A DNA stretch of 42,075 bases from Trichomonas gallinae (taxonomy: Eukaryota). The stretch covers positions 1 through 42,075 of the forward strand of contig MRSU01002443.1 in assembly GCA_008369845.1 (NCBI GenBank), read 5' to 3'. Of this stretch, positions 10,974 through 21,682 are shown one piece after another; the first letter of the stretch is position 1, and each line of letters opens with the position of its first letter. Under the pieces are notes generated by a model that was given only the letters and a program-made list of their open reading frames with translations, had not been told where the DNA came from and did no database searches. Position numbers and translations under genes: made by a program.

Positions 10974-12425
10974 TTAATCAGGAACGAGGATGCTTGAGTT
11001 GGCTGATGGTCCTGATTTGATGAATTTCTTGGCGAGTTCGAACCTGTTTTTGTATTCAACGAACTCTGGCTTCTGAATACTGTTATAATCTATAATCTTT
11101 CCTGGTGTCTTAATTGTTGGTGTCAGCATAAGCTTATGATCGAGAGAGTATACGATAAGCTTCATTCCGTCGTTGAAATTGAACTGCATATCGTCATTGT
11201 CGAACTTAAACATCATGATATTGTTATCTCTTTGCCATTTTCTCACCAATCTCAATGGCGTTGAAGAAGAGAATCTTCTTGATGGAATAGTGTATAATTC
11301 GATCTGCGCTCTGAGCTTTTCTGAGAATTTGCTGAACATTGAAACTTTCTTCTGTAAATCGAGAGACGAAGGAGGAGTGTAGATCTGCATTTCAACACTG
11401 TTCGGTTGGTAGTATTGTACAAATGTTTGGTGAGGATCTTCGATGAATTTATAGCCATCATTGAAAATCAATCCGCACGTGCCGTCCATTAATATGTACG
11501 CTAAGCCGATTTTGTTGATCTCGGAGAAGCAAGAGACGAACATGGATGGAATTGCTGGTACCATTGGTACTGAATTTCTGCGACCTGAGGTTCTTGAGAA
11601 AAGAGGATGTTCAAGAAGTTGTTCTGATGATGGACGCTCGTTTGGATCCTTCGTCAAAGCCTTGGCAATAAAATCTTGCATTTTTGGAGATATAACAACT
11701 GAAGGATTAAATCTGTAATCATCGGTTTTAATTCTCTCGAACTGCAACTGTGGTGTAGGTGCCTCGAATGGCTGATATCCGTTCAACAAAGTGAACGCGC
11801 AGACTCCAAGAGCCCAAATGTCGATTTTTGGCGTGATTCCTGCACTTTTCTGTGTTAAAAGTTCTGGAGCTAAGTAGCTCTGAGTACCACTGACAGTGTA
11901 GTTAGCCTTAGGATTGTAACGAACGGCTAAACCGAAATCGCAAATTTTAATTTCGTTAGAATCTCCGTATAAAAAGTTTCCAAGCTTAATATCGCGATGA
12001 ACTATACCGCAAGAGTGGATGTAATAGAGCGCATTTACAGCCTGTTGCAAGAAATGTCTAACTTCGAGTTCGCTGAATCTTCCTTTAAGCTTAAACTTGT
12101 CTTTTAAGTTTCCTCCCCTGCAGTATTCGAGAATGATGTACTGATTTTGTGCGTCAGAAAAAGTATTGTAAAGTTTAACAATATTTGCGTGGTTCAAAGT
12201 GCGATGAAGCTTTATTTCTGTGTCAATGAGAACTTTTTGCTCTTCAGTCATAAGTTTGTTATGGGGAATAACCTTCATTGCGTATATTTGATTCGATTTC
12301 AAATTAATAACTTTGAAAACGGTACTGAAGCCTCCAGAACCGATCTGGTCTTGCTTTTTGAACTCGTTGGAAGGGTTCTCTTCCCTGGTAAGAATGATTC
12401 GAGACGCGCTGCTGCTTCTATGCAT
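10974..12425 (-). CDS. Polo-like Ser/Thr kinase
   Basis: GSGGFS, YAMK, HRDIKLGN, DFGLA, YLAPE, DIWALG; C-terminal polo-box-like GLAYILMDGTCGLIFNDG and KWQRDNNIMMFKFDNDDMQFNFNDGMKLIV. Confidence 0.88.
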   Translation of the reverse strand: MHRSSSASRIILTREENPSNEFKKQDQIGSGGFSTVFKVINLKSNQIYAMKVIPHNKLMTEEQKVLIDTEIKLHRTLNHANIVKLYNTFSDAQNQYIILEYCRGGNLKDKFKLKGRFSELEVRHFLQQAVNALYYIHSCGIVHRDIKLGNFLYGDSNEIKICDFGLAVRYNPKANYTVSGTQSYLAPELLTQKSAGITPKIDIWALGVCAFTLLNGYQPFEAPTPQLQFERIKTDDYRFNPSVVISPKMQDFIAKALTKDPNERPSSEQLLEHPLFSRTSGRRNSVPMVPAIPSMFVSCFSEINKIGLAYILMDGTCGLIFNDGYKFIEDPHQTFVQYYQPNSVEMQIYTPPSSLDLQKKVSMFSKFSEKLRAQIELYTIPSRRFSSSTPLRLVRKWQRDNNIMMFKFDNDDMQFNFNDGMKLIVYSLDHKLMLTPTIKTPGKIIDYNSIQKPEFVEYKNRFELAKKFIKSGPSANSSILVPD

Positions 12426-13453
12426 TTTTATAATTGAAATAACCGAAAGATTGAATTTTAATGTGTTTTAAGGCTCAACATGGAGTTATTTACATGTTTT
12501 TTCGTTAATAATTTAATTTTTTGTTTGTGAAAACACACATAACAGAATTCATATTTGTGGTTATTTTTTCGAAATATTGCTAATTTTTAGAAAAAATGAA
12601 ATTGAAAATACAACGATAATTTCGGATTCAAACTATTTGTATTAAAAAATAAAAATTGATTATTGATCCATTATTAAAGATTTATCACATTTGCGTGCGC
12701 TCTCACGCCCGTAAAAACATGTCAATTCTTTCTCAATTTTGGCACTTTTTGGAAAAAGCGTGATTTGGCACTTTTTAAATTTGTAAATATTATTTATAAA
12801 ATACTATCAAAAAACATAGAAAAATACAAGAAAAGTTCATGTAAGTATGAATAAGGTTAAATAATTGACATATTTTTTTACTTTTTCAATTGAAACAAAT
12901 TACTATTAATAAGAAATGATAATTTTACAGTGCTAAAAAATGTCTAATGAATTAGAATGCTATTAATATTTAATCACTTCAATCATTATCTAGGAAAAAC
13001 ATGAGACAATCCTCTATACGATGATTCCAAACACCGTGATGCATCGATTGCATATTATTCATGTATAGTCTGATCTGGAAACTATTGATGAGAGCGTGTT
13101 TGCGCTTTAATTCTATCATGGCAATTATAAGTCACTTTTTATTCTTGATGTTTACATGTCAAATTTGTCAATTAATTAGGAGAATTTATTCTTGTATTTT
13201 GAGCTTGAGTATAAAGCTGTGTACACACGACCTACCATTGACGAAAACTTGGAACTATATAGCTTACAGCCTATAGCATTTTGTTAATACTACAGCTATT
13301 TGCCCAAACACTAATTCACTTATCCCAGTCATTGATTTAAAGAGTTTTGTTGTTATTATTGGAATCAGATGCATTTTGTAAAGATTTCTTATTATAATTT
13401 CTTGGTAAATTTTAATTCTAAAGAGTCAAAAAAATGAATCAAAATCTGCCATA

Positions 13454-13462
13454 AAAGTGACA
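13454..13462 (+). promoter_or_regulatory. AAAGTGAC(A) motif (T. vaginalis 'motif 2'-like) just before UBA3 ATG
   Basis: ataaaagtgacaaATG. The same motif precedes the PDI-like gene on the minus strand (41548-41556). Confidence 0.55.
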
Positions 13463-13463
13463 A

Positions 13464-14672
13464 ATGCTAAGTGAAAGTTTGGAATGTTTGTTTGCTACTA
13501 AGGATTCTTATTGCACGAATAACTTCGCCATTGGTGAGGAAGGCAAGAAACTTCTTACTCAGCGTCGTGTTCTTGTAATTGGAGCCGGCGGACTTGGATG
13601 CGAACTTCTTAAATCTCTAGCAATGTCAGGAATCAAACATATCGAGATTATTGACATGGACACAATCGATGTATCCAATTTAAACAGGCAATTCCTCTTC
13701 AGACAAAAAGATGTCGGAAGATACAAATCCGAAGTTGCTGCAGAATTCGTTAAACGTCGTGTTCCAGATTGCGAAATCATCGCTCATACATGCAAGATAC
13801 AAGAAAAGCCTACAGAATGGTATCAAACTTTTGATATAATTATCGGAGGCTTGGACAACGTTAACGCACGTATATGGATGAATAACAAAGCAGTTGATAT
13901 AGCGATAGACAACAACCAAATAATACCATACATAGATGGTGGCTCAGAAGGCTGGAAAGGCCACTGCAGATTCGTAAAACCTCTCGAGACTTCTTGTATG
14001 AGCTGCGTTGATTCTTTTCCAGCACAAAAGGTTTTCCAGTTCTGTACAATTGCCACCAATCCAAGGCAACCAGAGCACTGTGTTGCCTGGGTCATGGACG
14101 TTCTCTGGCCGAAAGAAAGACCGAACGAAAAACTCGACGGCGATAATGACGAGCACTTAGAATATGTTGTGAAAAACGCGAATATTCATGCAAAGAAATT
14201 CAACTTGGGTGAAGTATCACCATTCATGGCTCGCGGTGTTATAAAGGGTATCATTCCAGCTATTGCTTCAACGCAAGCTTATGTTGCATCTGTCTGCACA
14301 ACAGAGGCTATTAAGTATTTAACAGGTATGGCACCAAACGGATCAAACATCCAAATGAGTGGAAATAATGGAACGAATGTTATCAACCTTTCTATCAATA
14401 GAGTTGAAAGCTGCCCCGTTTGCTCGCGTCAGCCAATACCTACATTTGAAATAGAAAGCACTGCAACAATACAAGACTTAATTGATTCGATAACAAAGAA
14501 ATTAGATATACCGAACCCAAGACTTATCGCTGGTTCATCTATTGTTTATAATCCATTGTTGTTCCCTGATTCAAGAAACAATCTTCCGAAGCCGGTCACC
14601 GATTTCTATAAAGATGGTGATGAAATCGGAATTCCAAATCATGATATAATTTTGACAATTAAATTGATATAG
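13464..14672 (+). CDS. UBA3: NEDD8-activating enzyme E1 catalytic subunit
   Basis: VLVIGAGGLGCELLK, DMDTIDVSNLNRQFLFR, GLDNVNARIWMN, catalytic CTIATNPRQPEHC, IIPAIAST, CPVC zinc site. Confidence 0.93.
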   Translation: MLSESLECLFATKDSYCTNNFAIGEEGKKLLTQRRVLVIGAGGLGCELLKSLAMSGIKHIEIIDMDTIDVSNLNRQFLFRQKDVGRYKSEVAAEFVKRRVPDCEIIAHTCKIQEKPTEWYQTFDIIIGGLDNVNARIWMNNKAVDIAIDNNQIIPYIDGGSEGWKGHCRFVKPLETSCMSCVDSFPAQKVFQFCTIATNPRQPEHCVAWVMDVLWPKERPNEKLDGDNDEHLEYVVKNANIHAKKFNLGEVSPFMARGVIKGIIPAIASTQAYVASVCTTEAIKYLTGMAPNGSNIQMSGNNGTNVINLSINRVESCPVCSRQPIPTFEIESTATIQDLIDSITKKLDIPNPRLIAGSSIVYNPLLFPDSRNNLPKPVTDFYKDGDEIGIPNHDIILTIKLI

Positions 14673-15088
14673 AGTTGATTATATTTCTTAATAAGCATCT
14701 TTTTTCTCAATATAAACTTTCAAAACATTTTATTTACAAAAATTATATATCTAAAGAATGAATATACTAATTGATTCACATAACAGAAAACAATGTTGGA
14801 CTATATTTCGAATTTTTTCATTTTGAGCACGATCAATGAATCCAAAACATCTAATATAACAGCTTCAAGTGCCAATGGACTCGTAGTTTTAGTTTTGCAT
14901 AAAGAATTAAATAAAATTTTAATGAATAAATTTCATTGAAATCAAATCTGCAACAGACTTCTTGATATTGTCAAGTAGCATCATAGCATTGCTTGTGATT
15001 GCTTATTTTGATCAAAAATAGAATGATTTTTGACATTTGGCAGTTTATTTGACAGATCTTTTTTTACGTGTCAATTAAAATTTAACTA

Positions 15089-18028
15089 ATGACTCAAGCT
15101 TTGCATTTCTTCCATTCTACAGTTATTCCTGAGACAAAAATACAGTCTTTTCTCGGCTCAAGGAAACTGTCGTCTTCTCAGTGCGAAATAATGCTTGGTC
15201 TTCGCGGAACAATCCAAAAATTTACAATCTTCAGCGAAAAGGATGCAATTATCCCCAAAAATACTTTCAAATATTACACAGGAACAAGCATAATATGGGG
15301 AACATTTAACGACAACTATCTTTGGACCTTAAATTCAGATAACGTTATGACCATTTCTGATTTTAAGGATCAATTCAAGAAAATTGCAAGTATACAGCTC
15401 GAAAAACGACAAGAGCCATACAATTTGTTCGAAACAACTCAAGATTTGAAATTTGTTTTAATCGCATCGAAAGGATCCGATTTTTGCTATATTTTATCAT
15501 TGAATAAGGATGAAATCGAAGTCAACATTAAGATTCTCCACGAAATGAAGATAATTGACATTGCTGCAGGATCTAATCAAAATTCTTTTCAGCTTTTAAC
15601 ATTACAGAATGATAAACAGGATGTTGTAACCCTCAATCTCAAGAACCTCGAAATAGCTCCAAAGAACATCGAAAACACAGCCACAAAACTAATTTCGGTA
15701 AAAAATTCGAAACAAGCCAATGTTATGGCTTTGCTATATCCAGATAAGCTCGAAAATCCAGCCAAAAAGAGTCCTCTTATACTAGAATCTCCAATTATTG
15801 CTTATTCAAATGTTCTTAAAACAAGAATAATCATTCAAGATGATCAAAACCATGTTAGAGGCATTGATTTGCAATCACTTACGATGGATACAGACATATT
15901 AGCCCCAAGATTCACACAAATTTTCTTGCTTCCAAATAATCTTGCTTTTGGAGTTTGTGATAATGGAGATAACCTCATTTTCATGGTTAGTCCTAATTCT
16001 AAAGACATTGACATGTCTCAAAATGTCAGTTTGGACTTAGAATCTCCTTTATCAATCAAATCAGCTTCATTTTTCAACGGAAGGCTTTTTGCTGCTGATA
16101 GTCGCGGTGTTTTCTCGTATAGATACAGCGAATTTCCACCAGAAGAAGTCATTCCATACAAGTCAAAACCACCATTTAGATTATTCACAGATTCAACTGA
16201 TGCTTATGCATTAACATCATCAGAGGGCACCGAAATAGTCGGAAAGGAGGATGTTATTCCAGAAGGAAAAGGTTCTTTGCTTGGATTTTATCAAATTTCT
16301 GATGAAATGTCTGTTTGCGTTTACACTGGTGGATTATACATAACTGCTGAAAAAGATGATGAAATTCCGTTAAAAGACGCAACTGCTTGCGATTATTTAA
16401 ATGAAAAATTATTAATCGCTCATTCTCAATGCAAACTGTCAATATACGAATGCGAGAACTTCAAAGAAATAAACACAACAATAATAGACATAGCAGATGA
16501 CACAGAAATCACAGCAGTCGCAATTTCAGAAAATTTCATCGCTTCAAGCCACTATTACATGAATGCGTGCATAGGACGCATTATTTTGATGTCCAGTGAC
16601 TTCTCGGAGAAAGACTCAATAGATGTACCATCAAGAGTCACATCAATGATCTTTGTTGACCAAGGCAAGAAATTATTTGCAGGAATGATGAACGGAACTG
16701 TTTTGTCGCTCGAAGCGAGTGAAGACGGTTATCTTGTCAGGTCGTGCTATGTATATATTGGACATCCTTCAATTGACTTGTATTTCGTGAGAAGCCCGAA
16801 CAACGAAAACGAGTTTTTCTTCGTCGACGAAAGGTTGTATCATTATCATGATAAAACATTTCACGAAGAACAGTTTATGCCAATGGACGCTTTTTGTTTG
16901 TACAAAGACGAAATAGGAGTCTTCTTCTTGTCGACGGCTAAAGACGGAAATATAACAGCCCGGAATTTCTGGACTGAATCGCAGAGCACTCACACGTTCT
17001 ACCTTCCAATAGAAATTAAGAACACATTCTATATTACTCAGGCCGGATCATTCGGTTTTGCCATGTCAATAGAGAGTCATAAACAGTTCACCGTGCATGT
17101 CTTCGATTTAGAAAACTGCAAAGTGTTGACACAGAAGTCATTCGAAGGCAGTGCTTCAATCCTTGTTGCTCATAAATCGAAGGACAAAATCAAAATTTTG
17201 GCAGCTGATTGCGGAAAAAGCCAAGAAATTTTCGGAATTATTTTTGATGGAGAAAATTTAACACTTCAATTCACACAGAAACTGGAAGACATAGTAACAG
17301 CTGTTTGCTCGATCGGCCACAAAATTGTCATTGCTACAAGGAAACTCATAAGAATCGCGAAATTCATCGACGACAAATTATTGTTTTCATATGCGAAAAC
17401 TGAATTAATTAACGACGTAAATATGCTTGTGACGCATGAAAGGTATATATGGTGCTCCATGGAGAACTACGGCGTTGCAGTTTTATCATATAATAAGCGC
17501 GATGACAAATTCGAAGGTGTTGGACAATTTAGGAATCTTTCGGACAAAATAACTGCCATTGCTCCAGTTGATGACTTAACTGTCTGCTTTTCGACAACAA
17601 ATGGAGACATTTATTTCATTGCTATTGATATTAACATCGTTTTGGGCCTCAAAACATTCTGCATGGAAAGTCTGCCGAGCTTGAATATGATAGGAAGAGT
17701 AAATGTTGGCAGAGATGTTATAGCGATTTTCAGGAAAGACCAAAACATTTATTATTTGATCAAGGATGGAACAATGGGCGCATTACATCCAGCACCTTTA
17801 TTAACTGAATTTAGAAGAGCAGAAAGGTACCAATTCTCAGCTCTACAAAAATATTCTCAAGCAGTTGGTTTCTTCCATGCGGGCCACTCACTTTCAGCGC
17901 AGAAGGGAGTCGTTGACATTGATTTCATTGAGTGCCTCAACCAGCAGAACATTATTTCTGACTCCGAGAACATATCTGAAGTAATGGCAGCTATTTCGCA
18001 CGCAAACATCAACATTGTCCTCAAATAA
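15089..18028 (+). CDS. Multi-beta-propeller protein, DDB1/CPSF160/SF3B3-like (divergent)
   Basis: 979-aa ORF of repeated beta-strand blades. N-terminal FFHSTVIPET and C-terminal DGTMGAL...KGVVDIDFIECL resemble the conserved termini of this family. Confidence 0.65.
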   Translation: MTQALHFFHSTVIPETKIQSFLGSRKLSSSQCEIMLGLRGTIQKFTIFSEKDAIIPKNTFKYYTGTSIIWGTFNDNYLWTLNSDNVMTISDFKDQFKKIASIQLEKRQEPYNLFETTQDLKFVLIASKGSDFCYILSLNKDEIEVNIKILHEMKIIDIAAGSNQNSFQLLTLQNDKQDVVTLNLKNLEIAPKNIENTATKLISVKNSKQANVMALLYPDKLENPAKKSPLILESPIIAYSNVLKTRIIIQDDQNHVRGIDLQSLTMDTDILAPRFTQIFLLPNNLAFGVCDNGDNLIFMVSPNSKDIDMSQNVSLDLESPLSIKSASFFNGRLFAADSRGVFSYRYSEFPPEEVIPYKSKPPFRLFTDSTDAYALTSSEGTEIVGKEDVIPEGKGSLLGFYQISDEMSVCVYTGGLYITAEKDDEIPLKDATACDYLNEKLLIAHSQCKLSIYECENFKEINTTIIDIADDTEITAVAISENFIASSHYYMNACIGRIILMSSDFSEKDSIDVPSRVTSMIFVDQGKKLFAGMMNGTVLSLEASEDGYLVRSCYVYIGHPSIDLYFVRSPNNENEFFFVDERLYHYHDKTFHEEQFMPMDAFCLYKDEIGVFFLSTAKDGNITARNFWTESQSTHTFYLPIEIKNTFYITQAGSFGFAMSIESHKQFTVHVFDLENCKVLTQKSFEGSASILVAHKSKDKIKILAADCGKSQEIFGIIFDGENLTLQFTQKLEDIVTAVCSIGHKIVIATRKLIRIAKFIDDKLLFSYAKTELINDVNMLVTHERYIWCSMENYGVAVLSYNKRDDKFEGVGQFRNLSDKITAIAPVDDLTVCFSTTNGDIYFIAIDINIVLGLKTFCMESLPSLNMIGRVNVGRDVIAIFRKDQNIYYLIKDGTMGALHPAPLLTEFRRAERYQFSALQKYSQAVGFFHAGHSLSAQKGVVDIDFIECLNQQNIISDSENISEVMAAISHANINIVLK

Positions 18029-18491
18029 CTTATATAATATTAAAATTATTTGTTTTTATTCAATATTTCAAAATATTTCAAAACTCAAAAAGAAAATTAA
18101 AAACTTATTTATTTATCATATGCAATTGATTGTGTGGGTGAAAAGCTATGCTTTCATATCAGTTTAAAGATCATATGATTAAAGGCTTTCATCATATATA
18201 TATCAATCAAGCTGTTTATGATAGATTATCAATGCGCAAAAGAAATTAATGATGCTTCTTGATATCGAAAATATATTTTATGATACAAATAGTAATATAT
18301 ACTTATATTGCTAATTTTTGTAATGAAATCATTGATAGTTATCTAAGTTATGATTTTTTTTTAAACATGATTAGTGTTTTAACTTCCTTTTTTGGTCTGA
18401 ATAAACGACAAACAATATACAATCTAAAGAAAGATTATTATTTATTGCATGATAGTAAAAAAACACATCTTTTAGATAAAATCTAAAAATA

Positions 18492-19688
18492 TCAAAGCTC
18501 ATTTGAATGGAAATCTGTGTTGGATTTAAAATTTTGATCTGTAATTGTGCTGTTGACGAAGTTAAAGAGAGATTTTGAATATAGCATTGAAAAATGATTA
18601 TAGAAATAATTGTTTGTATTGAAATCATAACATTTGATATTCTTCCAGTGTTTGCACGCATACTCTGGACCTTCTGCATTGACCAAGATGTCACCACGAC
18701 CAAATGTATAACGTCTGAAGATGGATTTTCTCATGTCAATGGATTTCAAAGTTTTGATTCCAGAATTATATACAATAGAAGCAGGAACTGGTGGTTCTTG
18801 TGGTAATTTCTCGAAATATTTGATATTTCGTTGTAAAAGTTTGAAATCATTTTCATTTATTAAACCAGAATTGCGTAAATAGTCTGGAAGACCACTAGCA
18901 CTAATATTATTGCCATTTTCATCAGTAATAACTGTTTCATTACCATAAACTCCAAAGTTAGGAAGATGAATTGAAACTCCAAGCATTGAACTCATTGTTT
19001 CAGTATATTTACCGAGGAACTCGACAAATGGGACGAACTTAGTCCTCATTGTGTTGAATGCACGGACTGATCCACCAAAAGATGGTGCGATATAAACAAC
19101 CGAATCAATATATTTTGTAACCCATTCTTTTTCCATTTTGTTTGTCAATATTTCGTTGATAAGAAAACAACCAAGTGAATGTCCTATTAAAACAACCTTT
19201 TTTTGCTTTTGAGAATATATTTCTTCAACTAAATTCTTGAAAGATGAATAAAATTCGGGCTTCTGGTCGACTCCAAATCTCCAATCGAAAGGTGCACCGT
19301 ATAAATCATCATGATCATTATATCCTGCTGAATGAAGAAAAGCAACGAAGATTCTGTAGTAAGGAACGACATGTATGTTGAACATTAATGTGTCTACGTA
19401 GTTTATTCCGCTCATATTTCCCATTTTTGGTGGTTCAATTTGAACATAATCCGGTTGCTTTGGTTCTTGTTTCACATCATCCCATTCTAATTTTAGATAA
19501 TCCAGTAAGCAGTTGTAATGCAAAGGAAAAACATATTTCCAACTAATATAAACTTGATGATCTTTGATTAAATTGCAGTAGAAATATGGCTTTTTTGTGA
19601 CATTACCGTTTAAAACGGACCCACCAAGGCCAGGAAACAATATTATTGGCTTCCTTGATGATGATAACGCAAAGAAAATCAAAAACAT
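18492..19688 (-). CDS. LCAT / lysosomal phospholipase A2 (group XV) family acyltransferase
   Basis: Signal peptide, KPIILFPGLGGSVL, LYGAPFDWR, nucleophile GHSLG, GDILV, NHFSML. First ATG at 19688 (track start 19703 is GTG); Inr TCACA upstream. Confidence 0.92.
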   Translation of the reverse strand: MFLIFFALSSSRKPIILFPGLGGSVLNGNVTKKPYFYCNLIKDHQVYISWKYVFPLHYNCLLDYLKLEWDDVKQEPKQPDYVQIEPPKMGNMSGINYVDTLMFNIHVVPYYRIFVAFLHSAGYNDHDDLYGAPFDWRFGVDQKPEFYSSFKNLVEEIYSQKQKKVVLIGHSLGCFLINEILTNKMEKEWVTKYIDSVVYIAPSFGGSVRAFNTMRTKFVPFVEFLGKYTETMSSMLGVSIHLPNFGVYGNETVITDENGNNISASGLPDYLRNSGLINENDFKLLQRNIKYFEKLPQEPPVPASIVYNSGIKTLKSIDMRKSIFRRYTFGRGDILVNAEGPEYACKHWKNIKCYDFNTNNYFYNHFSMLYSKSLFNFVNSTITDQNFKSNTDFHSNEL

Positions 19689-20402
19689 AATTTGTGAAGT
19701 CACTGAATTAACCTTAATGTCAAAAAATTTGAGACATCAAAAATTCAATAAAAAGTGACGAGATTTTGAAAAAAATCCAACAAAAATTTTTTATAGATGT
19801 TTCTAATTTTTTTCTTTCCATTGATGCCCAATTTCTATATGAACATGAAATTCTGTTTTTATTCAAAATTGATAACATGTCCCCTTTTTTACAAAATTTC
19901 ACCGTGTATCCGATTTCTTCCGCGATTGACTATGGCTCATTTACTGAAGAAACTAATTAAGGATCAGCCCCGCGACCAAATATGACTCTCAATTATTCTA
20001 TGAGGTATTGAAAATTATCGTTTTCCCAAGAAACTTATGCTCACTTTTTGAAGAGATCTAATTCACTAACAATATGCACAGCTAGGCAGGTGGTGCTAGT
20101 ATCGTCTAAAAATAATTCCTTCGTTTCGTTTCATGTGCTTTATTGAACCAAAATAGGATAAAATCATGAAAAATAAAAACACGACTAAAAGTCGGCTATT
20201 TCAAAGGTCATGTCTGAAACGAGAGGTCGCATAAGTAAATCAAAAAAAAAAAAAAAAAAAAAACTGACTACCATTTCGCACTGATCAGTTATATGTATAA
20301 TGAGAGTCATAAATTTTAAAATTTGTGATTTAAATTTTACGTGTCAATTTTATCCTTTACGTGTCAAATTAAATAAAAAAAAGATGATTATATTTTTTTG
20401 CT

Positions 20403-20987
20403 TTACAAGAACTTGCTAAGCCATCTGAATCCTTCAGCATAGCCAGCCTTATTCTTGATAGAGCACATGAAGATGCGCTGGGCGCGTGTGCCCGGTGGAA
20501 CTGTTTGAGCGTTGAGATCTGTCTGAGAATAAATTCCGAGAGCGTTGGCGAGCATTTCTGGGGAAGCAGCTGTTGGAATATCGACCTTGTTGCCAAGGAT
20601 AAGGAATGGAACGTTCTTAAGAGATTCATCAGAAAGAAGCTTGTCTAATTCGACCTTAGCTTCAGCAAATCTGTCTGGTGCTGCAGCATCGACCATGAAG
20701 ACGATTGCATTAGCATTGAGATAGTAATCCTGCCATGATTGGCGGGCGACATCGTGGCCACCGAGGTCGAAAGCAGAGAAGTGGATACCTTCGATTGTCA
20801 AATCGACGATCTGATATGTCTTTGTCTGCTCGAATTGCTGGAATTGGCCAGTCTTTAAGCATTGAAGAAGAGTTGTCTTTCCTGCATTATCAAGACCAAG
20901 GAGGAGCATCTTAGCGTTCTTGTTGCTGAGGCCAAGCCAGCTGAGAACTCCGGAAAGCCAGTTCCAAATCGAGTTGAAGTATTTCAT
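20403..20987 (-). CDS. SAR1: Small GTPase Sar1 (COPII)
   Basis: N-terminal amphipathic helix, GLDNAGKTTLL, FDLGGH, GNKVD, FMCSI, GYAEGFRWLS; stop codon within TAAA. Confidence 0.95.
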   Translation of the reverse strand: MKYFNSIWNWLSGVLSWLGLSNKNAKMLLLGLDNAGKTTLLQCLKTGQFQQFEQTKTYQIVDLTIEGIHFSAFDLGGHDVARQSWQDYYLNANAIVFMVDAAAPDRFAEAKVELDKLLSDESLKNVPFLILGNKVDIPTAASPEMLANALGIYSQTDLNAQTVPPGTRAQRIFMCSIKNKAGYAEGFRWLSKFL

Positions 20988-21682
20988 TAGAAAAATAAAA
21001 CTGACAAATATTTGGCCGGAAGTTATATTTTATCGTTCTCTCTAAAGAGACAAAAAATGTCATCATTGTACTATATACAGTCTGCAGACGATAATGATTC
21101 CAACAGCTGACATTTTTACACTAGTTTACGTGTCAAATAGTCATTTTAGAATTTTGAATTGATAATAATCGTATTATAGCTTTTCGGATTCAATCTATAG
21201 ATCTAGCAGCTTTATACATGTTTGTCTCATGTGCTATATGTCCTCAGATTGTTTATAGTATGTATACATGTGAAATGTATATTTTGCAACACGAGTGTAT
21301 CCTATTTGCCGATTTCACTTTACAATGACAAATATGATATTTTACATGACAAAATAGATTCACAAAATCCTTCAATGTTCATTACATTTATACTATAAAA
21401 AACTATGTATGCTAGTGAGCTTCCATTTCACACTATATTGTTAAGTGCACATGTCTTATAGCGTCATTAATGTATTTAATTAAGTGATAACAAAAAAGCT
21501 ATGATATAATTTGACTAATACTTATGGATATATGTTTATATTGATGTTATTATTGTAGAGTATGCTACTAAATTTGTTGAATTCATAAAATATAAGTGTG
21601 AAAACAATGTTCAGTTTACATGTCATTTATTATGGTTTACGTGTCAGATATTTTAAAATCTTCAAAATCTGATTTATATTGA

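Noticed and set aside
20400..20406. TAAA overlapping stop codons (Sar1, glucosidase II, NPL protein, TRAPPC8, FNT fragment)
   Set aside because: Real, but it is the already known trichomonad UAAA polyadenylation signal.
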